DNA of 64,000 nucleotides from Eledone cirrhosa (taxonomy: Eukaryota). Numbering within the stretch: position 1 is the stretch's first letter; every line of letters starts with the position of its first letter. The position numbers and the translations under genes were made by a program. The DNA lies in NCBI GenBank assembly GCA_964016885.1, contig OZ024742.1, positions 198,090,001 through 198,154,000 on the forward strand, written 5' to 3'. Positions 11,701-26,514 of the stretch are shown piece after piece. The notes below the pieces were generated by a model. It was not told the DNA's origin. It made no database searches and worked only from the letters and a program-made list of their open reading frames with translations.

Positions 11701-13508
11701 CTATAGAGGCATTAAATTAATCGACCAGGTCATGAAGGTCACAGAAAAAGTAATAGTGCAATTAATCAGAGAGAGAATTGATCTAGATGAAATGCAGTTC
11801 GGGTTTGAGTCAGGTAAAAGTACCACAGACGCTCTTTTCATTGTACGACAACTACAGGAGAAGTACCTAGCTAAAAGTAAACCCCCTATACTTAGCTTTT
11901 GTAGACTTGGAGAAAGCCTTCGACAGAGTCCCCCACTCCATTATCTGGTGGGCTCTTAGAAAACTAGGTGTTGATGAATGGCTTGTGAGAGCTATACAAG
12001 CCATGTATAAAGAAACAGTGAGCAAGGTTAGAATTAACAACGAATATAGTGAAGAGTTTAGCGTAAAAGTTGGTGTTCATCAGGGCTCCGTTCTTAGCCC
12101 CCTACTATTTATTATTGCCCTTCATGCTATAACAGTGGAGTTCAAGACCGGCTGCCCATGGGAACTCCTATACGCAGATGATCTAACGCTCATAGCTGAA
12201 TCAATCGCCGAACTAGAGAAGAAATTCCAACCATGGAAGCATGGCCTAGAATCAAAAGGCCTTAAAATTAACCTGTCTAAGACTAAAGTTCTAGTTTGTA
12301 GGAAGGAAAATAGGGCGCCGGTCCCATCTGGGAAATGGCCATGCTCAGTGTGTAGGAAAGGAGTAGGTAGAAACTCCATTTTATGTCCCAAATGCAAAGT
12401 ATGGGTGCATAAAAGATGTAGTGGGATCACAGGTAAGCTAACTAAGAACATAGATTTTATATGTGGCCGGTGCTCTGGTGCAATAAGTAGCAGCATGTGC
12501 CCACCAAATACTAGCTCTTTCAATTGCGCAGAGGGTTCTATAGAAATAGTGGACAGCTTCCGTTACCTGGGTGACAAAATCAGCAGTGGGGGAAGGTGCT
12601 CTGAAAGTACAGTAGCTAGAGTCAGAACTGGATGGAAAAAGTTCAGAGAGCTTATACCACTATTAGCCGCTAAAGGGTTCTCCCTAAAAATGAAAGGCAG
12701 GCTGTATGATGCCTGCATACGAACAGCAATGTTGTATGGCAATGAGACCTGGGCATTGTGTGCAGACTGGAGAGGAACGAAGCTTGCATGCTCCGCTGGA
12801 TGTGTAATAGTAATATACGTGAACGGCAAAGCATAAATGAACTAAGTGAGAAATTAGGAATAAGAGGGATCAGATGCTGTTTACTCGAGAGAAGACTACG
12901 TTGGTATGGTCACGTGATGCGCATGAAAGACGACAGCTGTATAAAAAAGTGCAGGGCAATAAAAATAGACGGTAGCCACGGAGTAGGCAGACCCAGAAAA
13001 ACCTGGGATGACTTGATAAATTCTGACCTCACACACTTACACCTCTCCAAGACAATGTCACTGGACCGAGACCTTTGGCGCTACACAGTAATAGAGAAGA
13101 CCCGCCTTACCTAAGTACAAAGTGAAACCTACTACAGTCAGTAGGCACCTCTAACAAAATACACCCCCGTCCCACTACCCCCACCCCATCCACACCACCC
13201 CTTTCAATGTAAAGTTATGTTGGTACCACAGCATTCAGCCCCCAAAAAATGAGGTCGTGTAGGTGTCACGACAAAAAAAACACACAGTCCACGCTGTAAT
13301 GTGGCCGTGTAGGTAACACGGTAAAAACCTCCCAGTTCCACACTGTAAATGTGGTTGGTGTTAGGAAGGGCATCCAGCTGTAGAAAACCTGCCAGACAGT
13401 CCTATGCGAGCAAGACAACTACTCTTGCCTCAAGTGGGAAAACTCCCGTCCAAACCCATGCAAGCGTGGAATATGGACGTTAAACGATGATGATGATGAT
13501 GATGATGA
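11701..13508 (+). mobile_element. RTE-A LINE, 5'-truncated, frameshifted
   Basis: ORFs 11732-11959, 11907-12836 and 12758-13114; highly similar to 5523-7308; (GAT)n tail. Confidence 0.95.
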
Positions 13509-13969
13509 TACAACTGAATAAAAAGTTATTTATGTACATATTTAAAAGAAATATATATATATATATATAAATAAGAACACTGTATTTCAATTAACTGATG
13601 AACAATTTTGAAGGATTTACTAAAATTTTAGATATGTCATTACTAAGATAGTAATTTAATATATGCTTATGATGTAAAATCATGTTTGAAGATTTTAATT
13701 TAAATTGGAACATTGTATTTCAATTAATTGATGAAAAATTTTGAACGATTTACTAAAATTATTAACTATTTCATTACTAAAATAGTTATTTAACATATAG
13801 TTCATACATAAAATTTACATGGATGGTTTGTTTCATAGAACCAGAGCCAGTTTTGGTCTGGTTGGTATCAAAAGGATTAATTATTCTTGTTTATGTTTCC
13901 TGTTTTTCTCTTTCCCTATCAAAAGCCTCCTATCCTATTTTATCATTTTATTATTTTTTCTTCTATTTA

Positions 13970-14390
13970 GAGTGGTGAATTGGCAGTATCGGTAAAATGT
14001 TGTACACCATGCTTCGCGGCATGGGGTTAGGGCCTTTGCATTCTGATTACAAATCCTACCAAGGTTAACTTTGCCTTTCGTCCTTACGGGGTCGATAAAA
14101 TAAAGTACCAGTAACGAACTGGGGCCGATTTAATCGACTTTCCCCTCTCCAAAATTGTTTGCCTTGTGCCTAAATCAGAAATCATTATTTTTCTTCCATG
14201 AAAGCAGTGGATTGGTAGAGTCATTACAGCATCAGATAGAATGATTTGTAGCATCCCTTCTGGCTGAATGCACTCTGAATTCAAATTCCAACTTTGATAT
14301 TCAACCTCCTGGGGTCAATAAAAGAAAGTATCACTCAAATACTGGGGTTGATGTAAATGACTTGCTCCTCCTCCAATACTACTGGTCTTT
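13970..14390 (+). mobile_element. Two tandem copies of the abundant ~200-bp SINE (TTGCCTTTCATCC..GGGGTCGATAAAATAAAGTACCAGT core)
   Basis: Same family as the copies at 25075-25708, 37618, 46760, 49415, 55625, 62995 and 63500. Confidence 0.8.
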
Positions 14391-14561
14391 TTTCACCCTT
14401 TGATTACATTGTTTAACCTCACATCTTGTTAAACTGTCTATATCTTCTGTTCACTTACCTCCCTCATTTTAGTTGTTTTGTTTTTACCTCTGTTTCTACC
14501 GATGAAGGACTAACATCTGAAACATTAAAGCTCTAACTCCAACAAGCATTTTTTTTTTTTT

Positions 14562-14886
14562 TCATCATTCTACGTCCGCTTTTCCCTGCTTGCAAGGGTG
14601 GGACAGGAACTGATTCTGGCTTGATTTCTACAGCTGGATGCCCTTCCTAACACCAACCTCATTTACAGTGAGTGCTGGGTGCTTTTTTGCTGTGGCACCT
14701 CCACGACCACGTTGCAGTGGAATGATAGGGACCCCAGTCCCTATCATCTCATTTCTACAGCTGAGTAAACTGGAGCAATGTGAAATAAAGTGTCTTGCTC
14801 AAGGAAACAACACATCACCCGGTCTGAGAATTGAACTCACAACCTTTCGATTGCAAGGCCAATGCTCTAACCACTAAGCCATGTGG
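14562..14886 (-). mobile_element. Composite tRNA-head SINE with RTE-derived tail
   Basis: Near-identical inverted copy of 35796-36118. Confidence 0.88.
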
Positions 14887-15002
14887 TTAAATATATTATT
14901 ATTGTATTGTTCTCTTATATTGTTTTTTCTTGTTGACGTTTTTTTTATATATATATACATCCTGTACAAGCATGGAAAAGCAGACGTAAAATGTTTACAA
15001 CT

Positions 15003-15450
15003 GCATAAAAAGGTGCAGAGCACTAAAAGTTGATGGAAGCCTTGGAGTGGGGAGACCCAAGAAAACCTGGGATAAGGTGATCAAAACTGACCTTGCCCAA
15101 TTGTACCTCTCAAAGGTAATGACACAGGACTGAGACCTCTGGCGTTATGCAGTAATACAGATGACCCGACTTTTTACAGGTACAAGCCGAAGCTGAAGCA
15201 TATACACAGTATGCCCCCCCCCCCCTCCCACACTAAAGTGGTCGTGTAGATGCCATAGTAAAAAGCACCCAGCATTCACTGTAAATGAGGTTGGTGTTTG
15301 GAAGGGCATCCAGCTGTAGAAATCAAGCCAGAATCAGTCCTGTATGAGCAAGACATGGTCACCCGAACTGGCATTGCCCACAACAGGACAACCCGCCTAA
15401 CCCATGCTAGCGTGGAAGAATGGACGTAAAACTGATGATGATGGTGGTGA
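15003..15450 (+). mobile_element. RTE subfamily C 3' fragment
   Basis: Similar to 58205-58650; ORF end plus UTR and tail. Confidence 0.85.
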
Positions 15451-16417
15451 TATATATATATATATATACCTATATATCATTGTGTATGTATAGATATTGA
15501 TTATGTGAATTGTCTCATAACATTTTCAAATAATTGAATGTACAACTCCCTTGAAACATGTGTAAGAAATTAAATATTGTGGCACCAGTACTACCACTTT
15601 ACAGAGTATACTGGGTGTATATTAGCGTGGCATCAGCACTGCCTGTTATGAATGCATTTTATCATGGCACCAGCACTACCACTTTACAGAGTTTACTGGG
15701 TGCATTTTGTGTAGCACCAGCACTGACTGCCATTTTACAGAGTGTGGATGCAAAATGGTAATGATAATGATGATGATAATGATGATGACAATGATGATGA
15801 TACATAATGCTTAAAAATTGATGATGTTTAAATTTTAACATCCTATTTCACATAAAACCATTATCAGCAAAACCTTCTTGAAAAGTACAAAACAGTACTA
15901 TGACTGCATCACATTAAATATATTAAATATTATAGGTTTTACTCTAATACTGCAAATGTTCACACCAATCTGTTTGCTAGTAAAGATACTATAAACATTT
16001 GAATAGATAAACCAAACTCGTTTTTATATATTTTATCCTAAATCAATACAAGATATGGTTAAAAAGTGTATGTTGACATAAATGACATCTCCTTTTAGCA
16101 AGTTTTTCTTTCATATATACTGTATCAGATTAAAAGCATTTTTACTTCATACAACAAAAATGACAACAATGTTTTGCACACTAAAAGGCAAATGTATGCC
16201 TACCATTGTTGTTCTTATTCTAGGCGATCTTTGATGGATCAATATGTATATGTGTGTCTCTGTGTCTATGTGTGTATGTGTTTCTGCATGTGTCTCTGAT
16301 TGTGTGTCTATGTATATATGTATATGTATACATGTCTGTGCGAGTATGTATATATATATATCATCATCATGGTTTAATGTTCATTTTCCTTGCTAGCATG
16401 GGTTAGATTATATATAC

Positions 16418-16487
<70 letters not shown>

Positions 16488-16489
<2 letters not shown>

Positions 16490-16570
16490 AGGGGGGCCCC
16501 AAAAAAAACATATATAGTCACTTTGATTACTTGTACAGGCAAAAGTGTGTACATTTTTGGGGACACCCTG

Positions 16571-16603
<33 letters not shown>

Positions 16604-16614
16604 TTGCACATGTA

Positions 16615-16675
<61 letters not shown>

Positions 16676-16756
16676 AGGGGGGCCCCAAAAAAAACATATA
16701 TAGTCACTTTGATTACTTGTACAGGCAAAAGTGTGTACATTTTTGGGGACACCCTG

Positions 16757-16760
<4 letters not shown>
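16488..16760. mobile_element. Two tandem ~83-bp Tc1/mariner-type mini-MITEs duplicated together with flanking microsatellite
   Basis: CAGGGGGGCCCCAAAAA...TTTTTGGGGACACCCTG|TA at 16488-16570 and 16674-16756; the copies look identical. Confidence 0.8.
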
Positions 16761-16789
<29 letters not shown>

Positions 16790-17089
16790 TTGCACATGTA
16801 TGTGTATCTCTATGTATATATACGTGTCCCTAAGCATGTGTAGGTGTTAGTGTACATGGAATAGCATGACATCGAGTTATGGTAAAGAGAAAGAAGACCA
16901 CAAACAAAAGAAGTTGTAAGACAAAGGTGTTAGTCAAGAGTCTTAATTGATATGTGTTAATTGAATAGGAAGACTTCGTTAATCCACTTTGGTGGGCTTA
17001 ACACATTACTTGTAGACAACGATATATCAAATGGCTATTGATTATTGGTTATTGATTATATGGGGATGTTTTAAAATAAACTAGAAACC

Positions 17090-17367
17090 TTTCAGTGTGT
17101 GGATGTATGGGGTGTGTCCCTGTGTGTTGTCTATGTCTGTGGGGGTGTCTGTGTTTCTATGTATGTGTAGGTATTGTGTAGTATATATGTATGTGGGGGT
17201 GGGGGTGGGGTGGGGGCGTATTGTAATGTCTGTGTGATGTATATGTATGTGTATTGTATACACACACGTGTGCTGTATGTGTGTATTGTATAAGCATGTG
17301 TATTGCTTGTGTGTATATATATATATATATGTTTGCGTATTGTATATGTGTGTGTGTTGCATATGTA

Positions 17368-17416
<49 letters not shown>

Positions 17417-17990
17417 GTTGTATATGTGTGCATTGTAATGAATGTGTATTGTTTATGTGTGTGGATTTTATATACATATGTGTATATGTATATATATGTG
17501 TGTGTATTGTATATGCATATGTGTATATGCATATGTATATATGTGTGTGTATTTTATATACATATTTGAATATGTATATATATGTGTGTGTATTGTATAT
17601 GCATATGTGTATATGCATATGTATATATGTGTGTGTATTTTATATACATATTTGTATATGTATATATCTGTGTGTGTGTATGACTTGTGTTTTGTGTGTG
17701 TTGTAACTGAATGATTATAACAGGTGATGAAATACATATTAATAGAGGTGACAACATACAATAAGAGCTACCACAACACCACCACCACCACCACCACCAC
17801 CACCACCAAGAATACCTACAGGCCACCATCAACAACAACAATGCCTACAACAACAACAACACCAATAACAATGCTTACACCCCCTCCCACTCACCACCAC
17901 CACCAACAACAACAACAACAACACTTACAACAACATCACTACCAACAATACCATCAGCTACACAGCATACAATAATACCGCCACCAACGC
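17090..17990. repeat. Degenerate (TA/TG)n then (CAC/CAA)n microsatellite field
   Basis: Direct inspection. Confidence 0.9.
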
Positions 17991-20900
17991 CACTACCTCC
18001 CCCACTATCTACATTAACACCAGTACCACCACTACCACAATGTAACAACAACACCTACAACAACACCCTCCCCCACTATCTACATTAACACCAGTACCAC
18101 CACCACCACAATGTAACAACAACACCTACAACAACACCACTACCCCCCACTATCTACATTAACACCAGTACCACCACCACTACCACAATGTAACAACAAC
18201 GCTACTACCCCCCACTATCTACATTAACACCAGTACCACCACCACTACCACAATGTAACAACAACGCCACTACCCCCCACTATCTACATTAACACCAGTA
18301 CCACCACCACTACCACAATGTAACAACACCACCGCCACCAACACCACTACCCCCCCACTATCTACATTAACACCAGTACCACCACCACTACCACAATGTA
18401 ACAACACCACCGCCACCAACACCACTACCCCCCACTATCTACATTAACACCAGTACCACCACCACCACAATGTAACAACAACACCTACAACAACACCACT
18501 ACCTCCCCCACTATCTACATTAACACCAGTACCACCACCACTACCACAATGTAACAACACCACCTACAACAACACTACTACCCCCCCCCACTATCTACAT
18601 TAACACCAGTACCACCACTACCACAATGTAACAACAACACCTACAACAACACCACTACCCCCCACTATCTACATTAACACCAGTACCACCACCACTACCA
18701 CAATGTAACAACAACGCTACTACCCCCCACTATCTACATTAACACCAGTACCACCACCACTACCACAATGTAACAACAACGCCACTACCCCCCACTATCT
18801 ACATTAACACCAGTACCACCACCACCACAATGTAACAACACCACCTACAACAACCCCCCCCCCCCCCGACTATCTACATTAACACCAGTACCACCACTAC
18901 CACAATGTAACAACACCACCTACAACAACACCACTACCCCCCACTATCTACATTAACACCAGTACCACCACCACTACCACAATGTAACAACAACACCTAC
19001 AACAACACCACTACCTCCCCCACTATCTACATTAACACCAGTACCACCACCACCACAATGTAACAACAACACCTACAACAACACCACTACCTCCCCCACT
19101 ATCTACATTAACACCAGTACCACCACCACTACCACAATGTAACAACACCACCTACAACAACGCCACTACCCCCCCGACTATCTACATTAACAACAGTACC
19201 ACCACCACTACCACAATGTAACAACACCACCTACAACAACACCACTACCCCCCCACTATCTACATTAACACCAGTACCACCACCACCACAATGTAACAAC
19301 AACACCTACAACAACACCACTACCCCCCACTATCTACATTAACACCAGTACCACCACCACTACCACAATGTAACAACACCACCTACAACAACACCACTAC
19401 CCCCCACTATCTACATTAACACCAGTACCACCACCACTACCACAATGTAACAACACCACCTACAACAACACCACTACCCCCCACTATCTACATTAACACC
19501 AGTACCACCACCACTACCACAATGTAACAACAACACCTACAACAACACCACTACCCCCCCACTATCTACATTAACACCAGTACCACCACCACCACAATGT
19601 AACAACAACACCTACAACAACACCACTACCCCCCACTATCTACATTAACACCAGTACCACCACCACTACCACAATGTAACAACACCACCTACAACAACAC
19701 CACTACCCCCCACTATCTACATTAACACCAGTACCACCACCACTACCACAATGTAACAACACCACCTACGACAACACCACTACCCCCCACTATCTACATT
19801 AACACCAGTACCACCACCACTACCACAATGTAACAACAACACCTACAACAACACCACTACCCCCCCACTATCTACATTAACACCAGTACCACCACCACTA
19901 CCACAATGTAACAACAACACCTACAACAACACCACTACCCCCCACTATCTACATTAACACCAGTACCACCACTACCACAATGTAACAACACCACCTACTA
20001 CAACACCACTACCCCCCCACTATCTACATTAACACCAGTACCACCACCACCACAGTGTAACAACACCACCTACAACAACACTACTACCCCCCACTATCTA
20101 CATTAACACCAGTACCACCACCACCACAATGTAACAACACCACCTACAACAACACCCCCCCCCCCCCCCCCGACTATCTACATTAACACCAGTACCACCA
20201 CCACCACAATGTAACAACACCACCTACAACAACACCACTACCCCCCCACTATCTACATTAACACCAGTACCACCACTACCACAATGTAACAACACCACCT
20301 ACAACAACACCACTACCCCCCCACTATCTACATTAACACCAGTACCACCACCACTACCACAATGTAACAACACCACCTACAACAACACTACTACCCCCCC
20401 ACTATCTACATTAACACCAGTACCACCACCACCACAATGTAACAACAACACCTACAACAACACCCCCCCCCCCCGACTATCTACATTAACACCAGTACCA
20501 CCACCACCACAATGTAACAACAACACCTACAACAACACCACTACCCCCCACTATCTACATTAACACCAGTACCACCACTACCACAATGTAACAACACCAC
20601 CTACAACAACACCACTACCCCTCCGACTATCTACATTAACACCAGTACCACCACTACCACAATGTAACAACAACACCTACAACAACACTACTACCCCCCA
20701 CTATCTACATTAACACCAGTACCACCACCACCACAATGTAACAACAACACCTACAACAACACCACTACCCCCCCACTATCTACATTAACACCAGTACCAC
20801 CACCACCACAATGTAACAACAAGACCTACAACAACACCACTACCCCCCACTATCTACATTAACACCAGTACCACCACCACTACCACAATGTAACAACACC

Positions 20901-23900
20901 ACCTACAACAACACCACTACCCCCCACTATCTACATTAACACCAGTACCACCACTACCACAATGTAACAACACCACCTACAACAACACTCTACCCCCCAC
21001 TATCTTCATTAACACCAGTACCACCACTACCACAATGTAACAACACCACCTACAACATCACTACCCCCCCCCCCGACTATCTACATTAACACCAGTACCA
21101 CCACTACCACAATGTAACAACAACACCTACAACATCACTACCCCCCCCCCCCGACTATCTACATTAACACCAGTACCACCACTACCACAATGTAACAACA
21201 CCACCTACAACAACACCACTACCCCCCACTATCTACATTAACACCAGTACCACCACCACTACCACAATGTAACAACAACACCTACAACAACACCACTACC
21301 CCCCACTATCTACATTAACACCACCACCACCACTACCACAATGTAACAACACCACCTACAACAACACCACTACCCCCCACTATCTACATTAACACCAGTA
21401 CCACCACCACAATGTAACAACAACACCTACAACAACACCACTACCCCCCACTATCTACATTAACACCAGTACCACCACCACCACAATGTAACAACACCAC
21501 CTACAACAACACCACTACCCCCCCCCCCACTATCTACATTAACACCACCACCACCACAATGTAACAACACCACCTACAACAACACCACTACCCCCCCACT
21601 ATCTACATTAACACCAGTACCACCACTACCACAATGTAACAACAACACCTACAACAACACCACTACCCCCCACTATCTACATTAACACCAGTACCACCAC
21701 CACTACCACAATGTAACAACAACACCTACAACAACACCACTACCCCCCACTATCTACATTAACACCACCACCACCACTACCACAATGTAACAACACCACC
21801 TACAACAACACCACTACCCCTCCCCACTATCTACATTAACACCAGTACCACCACCACTACCACAATGTAACAACACCACCTACAACAACACCACTACCCC
21901 CCCCACTATCTACATTAACACCAGTACCACCACCACTACCACAATGTAACAACACCACCTACAACAACACCACTACCCCCCCCCCCCCCACTATCTACAT
22001 TAACACCACCACCACCACAATGTAACAACACCACCTACAACAACACCACTACCCCCCCACTATCTACATTAACACCAGTACCACCACTACCACAATGTAA
22101 CAACAACACCTACAACAACACCACTACCCCCCCACTATCTACATTAACACCAGTACCACCACTACCACAATGTAACAACAACACCTACAACAACACCACT
22201 ACCCCCCACTATCTACATTAACACCAGTACCACCACTACCACAATGTAACAACAACACCTACAACAACACCACTACCCCCCACTATCTACATTAACACCA
22301 GTACCACCACCACTACCACAATGTAACAACACCACCTACAACAACACTACTACTCCCCACTATCTACATTAACACCAGTACCACCACCACCACAATGTAA
22401 CAACACCACCTACAACAACACCACTACCCCCCACCCCCACTATCTACATTAACACCAGTACCACCACCACTACCACAATGTAACAACACCACCTACAACA
22501 ACACCACTACCCCCCCCACTATCTACATTAACACCAGTACCACCACCACTACCACAATGTAACAACACCACCTACAACAACACCACTACCCCCCCCCCCC
22601 ACTATCTACATTAACACCACCACCACCACAATGTAACAACACCACCTACAACAACACCACTACCCCCCCACTATCTACATTAACACCAGTACCACCACTA
22701 CCACAATGTAACAACAACACCTACAACAACACCACTACCCCCCCCACTATCTACATTAACACCAGTACCACCACTACCACAATGTAACAACAACACCTAC
22801 AACAACACCACTACCCCCCACTATCTACATTAACACCAGTACCACCACTACCACAATGTAACAACAACACCTACAACAACACCACTACCCCCCACTATCT
22901 ACATTAACACCAGTACCACCACCACTACCACAATGTAACAACACCACCTACAACAACACTACTACTCCCCACTATCTACATTAACACCAGTACCACCACC
23001 ACCACAATGTAACAACACCACCTACAACAACACCACTACCCCCCACCCCCACTATCTACATTAACACCAGTACCACCACCACTACCACAATGTAACAACA
23101 CCACCTACAACAACACCACTACCCCCCCCACTATCTACATTAACACCAGTACCACCACTACCACAATGTAACAACAACAACACCTACAACAACACCACTA
23201 CGCCCCACTATCTACATTAACACCAGTACCACCACCACCACAATGTAACAACACCACCTACAACAACATCACTACCCCCCCCCCCCCGACTATCTACATT
23301 AACACCAGTACCATCACTACCACAATGTAACAACAACAACACCTACAACAACACCACTACCCCCCCACACACACACTATCTACATTAACACCAGTACCAC
23401 CACTACCACAATGTAACAACACCACCTACAACAACACCACTACCCCCCCCCCCACTATCTACATTAACACCAGTACCACCACTACCACAATGTAACAACA
23501 CCACCTAAAACAACACCACTACCCCCCCACTATCTACATTAACACCAGTACCACCACCACTACCACAATGTAACAACACCACCTACAACAACACCACTAC
23601 CCCCCACTATCTACATTAACACCAGTACCACCACTACCACAATGTAACAACACCACCTAAAACAACACCACTACCCCCCACTATCTACATTAACACCAGT
23701 ACCACCACCACTACCACAATGTAACAACACCACCTACAACAACACCACTACCCCCCCCACTATCTACATTAACACCAGTACCACCACTACCACAATGTAA
23801 CAACACCACCTAAAACAACACCACTACCCACCCACTATCTACATTAACACCAGTACCACCACTACCACAATGTAACAACACCACCTACAACAACACCACT

Positions 23901-24470
23901 ACCCCCCACTATCTACATTAACACCAGTACCACCACTACCACAATGTAACAACACCACCTACAACAACACCACTACCCCCCACTATCTACATTAACACCA
24001 GTACCACCACCACCACAATGTAACAACACCACCTACAACAACACCACTACCCCCCCACTATCTACATTAACACCAGTACCACCACTACCACAATGTAACA
24101 ACACCACCTACAACAACACCACTACCCCCCACTATCTACATTAACACCAGTACCACCACTACCACAATGTAACAACACCACCTACAACAACACCACTACC
24201 CCCCACTATCTACATTAACACCAGTACCACCACCACCACAATGTAACAACACCACCTACAACAACACCACTACCCCCCCACTATCTACATTAACACCAGT
24301 ACCACCACCACCACAATGTAACAACACCACCTACAACAACACCACTACCCCCTCCCCCCACTATCTACATTAACACCAGTACCACCACTACCACAATGTA
24401 ACAACACCACCTACAACAACACCACTACCCCCCACTATCTACATTAACACCAGTACCACCACCAACAACA
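17990..24470. repeat. ~6.5-kb satellite, ~70-80-bp unit, roughly 85 copies
   Basis: Unit C6-15 ACTATCTACATTAACACCAGTACCACCACCACTACCACAATGTAACAACACCACCTACAACAACACCACTA. Confidence 0.98.
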
Positions 24471-24589
24471 ACAACAACACCTACAACAACAGCTACAAGG
24501 CCTGCAATAATACCACTACCAACACCAAAAATTGGTTACAATGCTTACAAAAACATGAGTCAATTAATGTGTCTCTACATGGTCACTCA

Positions 24590-24865
24590 GTGGAGGCATG
24601 TGGCCTAGTGGTAAGGGTGTTGGACTTGCGCTCATAATGTCGAGGGTTCGATTTCTGGGTTGCGTGTTGTGTTCTTGAAAAAAACACTTCATTTCACTTT
24701 GCTCCAGTATACTCAGCTAAAAATGAATACCAGCAATAGCTGGGGGTTTAACCCTTCGATGGACTGGCGTCCTGTCCAGGGGGGAGTCTTGTACTCTCAG
24801 TCGCTTCACGCCATGAAACCAGGATAAGCACCGGCCAAATGGGCCTTTTGGCTTTAGACTTTAGA
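24590..24865 (+). mobile_element. tRNA-derived SINE with 15-bp TSD
   Basis: A box TGGCCTAGTGG, B box GGTTCGATT; TSD CTACATGGTCACTCA at 24575-24589 and 24866-24880; partial inverted relative at ~34605-34723. Confidence 0.88.
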
Positions 24866-25074
24866 CTACATGGTCACTCACCTTGTGAGAAATAACAACC
24901 AAACCTCCCTCAAATTACATTCCACTGTCTTAAAAATGAAAGGGCCCATTGAATAATGCCACTCTAGATGTCGATAGGGGGAGCAGATGAAATCATCATG
25001 GCTGGAGTGCCATTTACTTCATGTCTACTCCAACAGAAGAAACCTAGGGTTAAACAGTAATAACAACAGTAATA

Positions 25075-25708
25075 ATTGTTTCTTTGTTTTTCTAATTTAG
25101 GCACAAGGCCAGTTATTTTATGGGAGGTGAAAGTCAATTAGATTGACCACAATACTTGACTGGTTCTTTATTTTATTGATTCCAGAAGGATGAAAGGCAA
25201 AATTGACCTCAGCAGGATTTGAACTCAGAATGTAAAAAGCTGGAAGAAATACTGTTAAGCATTAAATGGTGCTCTCACAACTCTGCCAATCTACTTCCCA
25301 ACAACAATAACAACGGTAATAATAATTGTTTCTACTTTTTGGCACAAGGCCAGCAATTACCCAGTACATTACTGGTACTTTATTTTATCGACCCCGTAAG
25401 GATGAAAGGCAAAGTTAACCTCGGCGGAATTTGAACTCAGAATGGGAAGGGCCGTAACTCTATGCATCAAAGCATGGCGTCCGACCCTCTACCGGTACTG
25501 CCAATCCACCAATAATAATAATAATAATTGTTTCTACTTTTGGCACAAGGCCAGTAATTACCCAGTGCATTACTGGTACTTTATTTTATCGACCCCGTAA
25601 GGATGAAAGGCAAAGTTAACCTCGGCGGGATTTGAACTCTGAATGGCAAGGGGCGTAACTCTATGCGTCAAAGCATGGCGTCCGACCCTCTACCGATACT
25701 GCCAATCC
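25075..25708 (-). mobile_element. Three tandem copies of the abundant SINE
   Basis: Repeated ...GGCACAAGGCCAG...TTTTATCGACCCCGTAAGGATGAAAGGCAAAG... units separated by (AAT)n. Confidence 0.88.
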
Positions 25709-26320
25709 CTGCTGACAAGTGGTACAATCATCACCCTGAGGCTGTAACTGAAGGAGAAAAAGTAACAATTATTTGGCACTTTCCTGTACATACTGACCGG
25801 ACCAGATATCATTGTAAAAGACCAACATAACAAGGTCTGTTTATTGATTGATATGAGCATCCCATGTGATCACAATATCGCAGCAAAAGAATTTGGCAAG
25901 ATAAGAAAATAGAAGGATCTGCTTATTGAAATTGAGAAAATGTGGCACCTCAAGGCCGTTACATTACCAGTGATTGTGGGAGGACTGGGAATGATCAAGA
26001 AAGGAGCAGAACAATATTTGTAAATGATTCTTGGTTTACCCTCTCTGCACGAGGTGCAAAAAATTGTTTTGACTGGTACTACACACGTATTGAGAAGAGC
26101 ACTATCTTTGTAAGAACGATACCTCTCCCCTTGTGTGGTTGTGTGTGTGTGAGTAGAGCACTATCTCTGTAAGAATGATAAGCTGTAAATTATACTCCAT
26201 GTGGTGTGTTAACTGGCTTACCAATGTATACAGTGAACTTATTTGCCCGGCATATATCAGAAACAATACTGAAGGAAAAGGAAAAACAATAAAAATAATA
26301 ATAATAATAATAATAATAAT
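25709..26320 (+). mobile_element. Second R4/Dong-type 3' fragment ending in (TAA)n
   Basis: Broken frame WYNHHPEAVTE...PDIIVKD...LIDMSIPCD...EIEKMWHLK...PVIVGGLG...LRRALSL*, then UTR and (TAA)n at ~26295-26320. Confidence 0.8.
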
Positions 26321-26514
26321 TGCTGTTTTTATTATTTTTTTTTCACTTTCTTGTAAATATTATCAATGACAGTTATCAAACAATGGAATCGAAGATTTTT
26401 ACTGATTTTAACACATGTTAGGTGGTGTTTGTGGTCAGAGATCTTATATCATCGCTTTTAAGTGTGTAAGTACAAAGATATTGGTGGTTTCATCTGCCAT
26501 TAAGACTGATCAGA

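Noticed and set aside
14494-14532. CCGATGAAGGA...TCTGAAACATT hammerhead relic
   Set aside because: Helix III and stem I are too degraded to call; kept only as supporting context.
17990-24470. CRISPR-like or mucin-coding reading of the large array
   Set aside because: No unique spacers or cas genes, eukaryotic context, and no ORF of 60 aa or more in the track.
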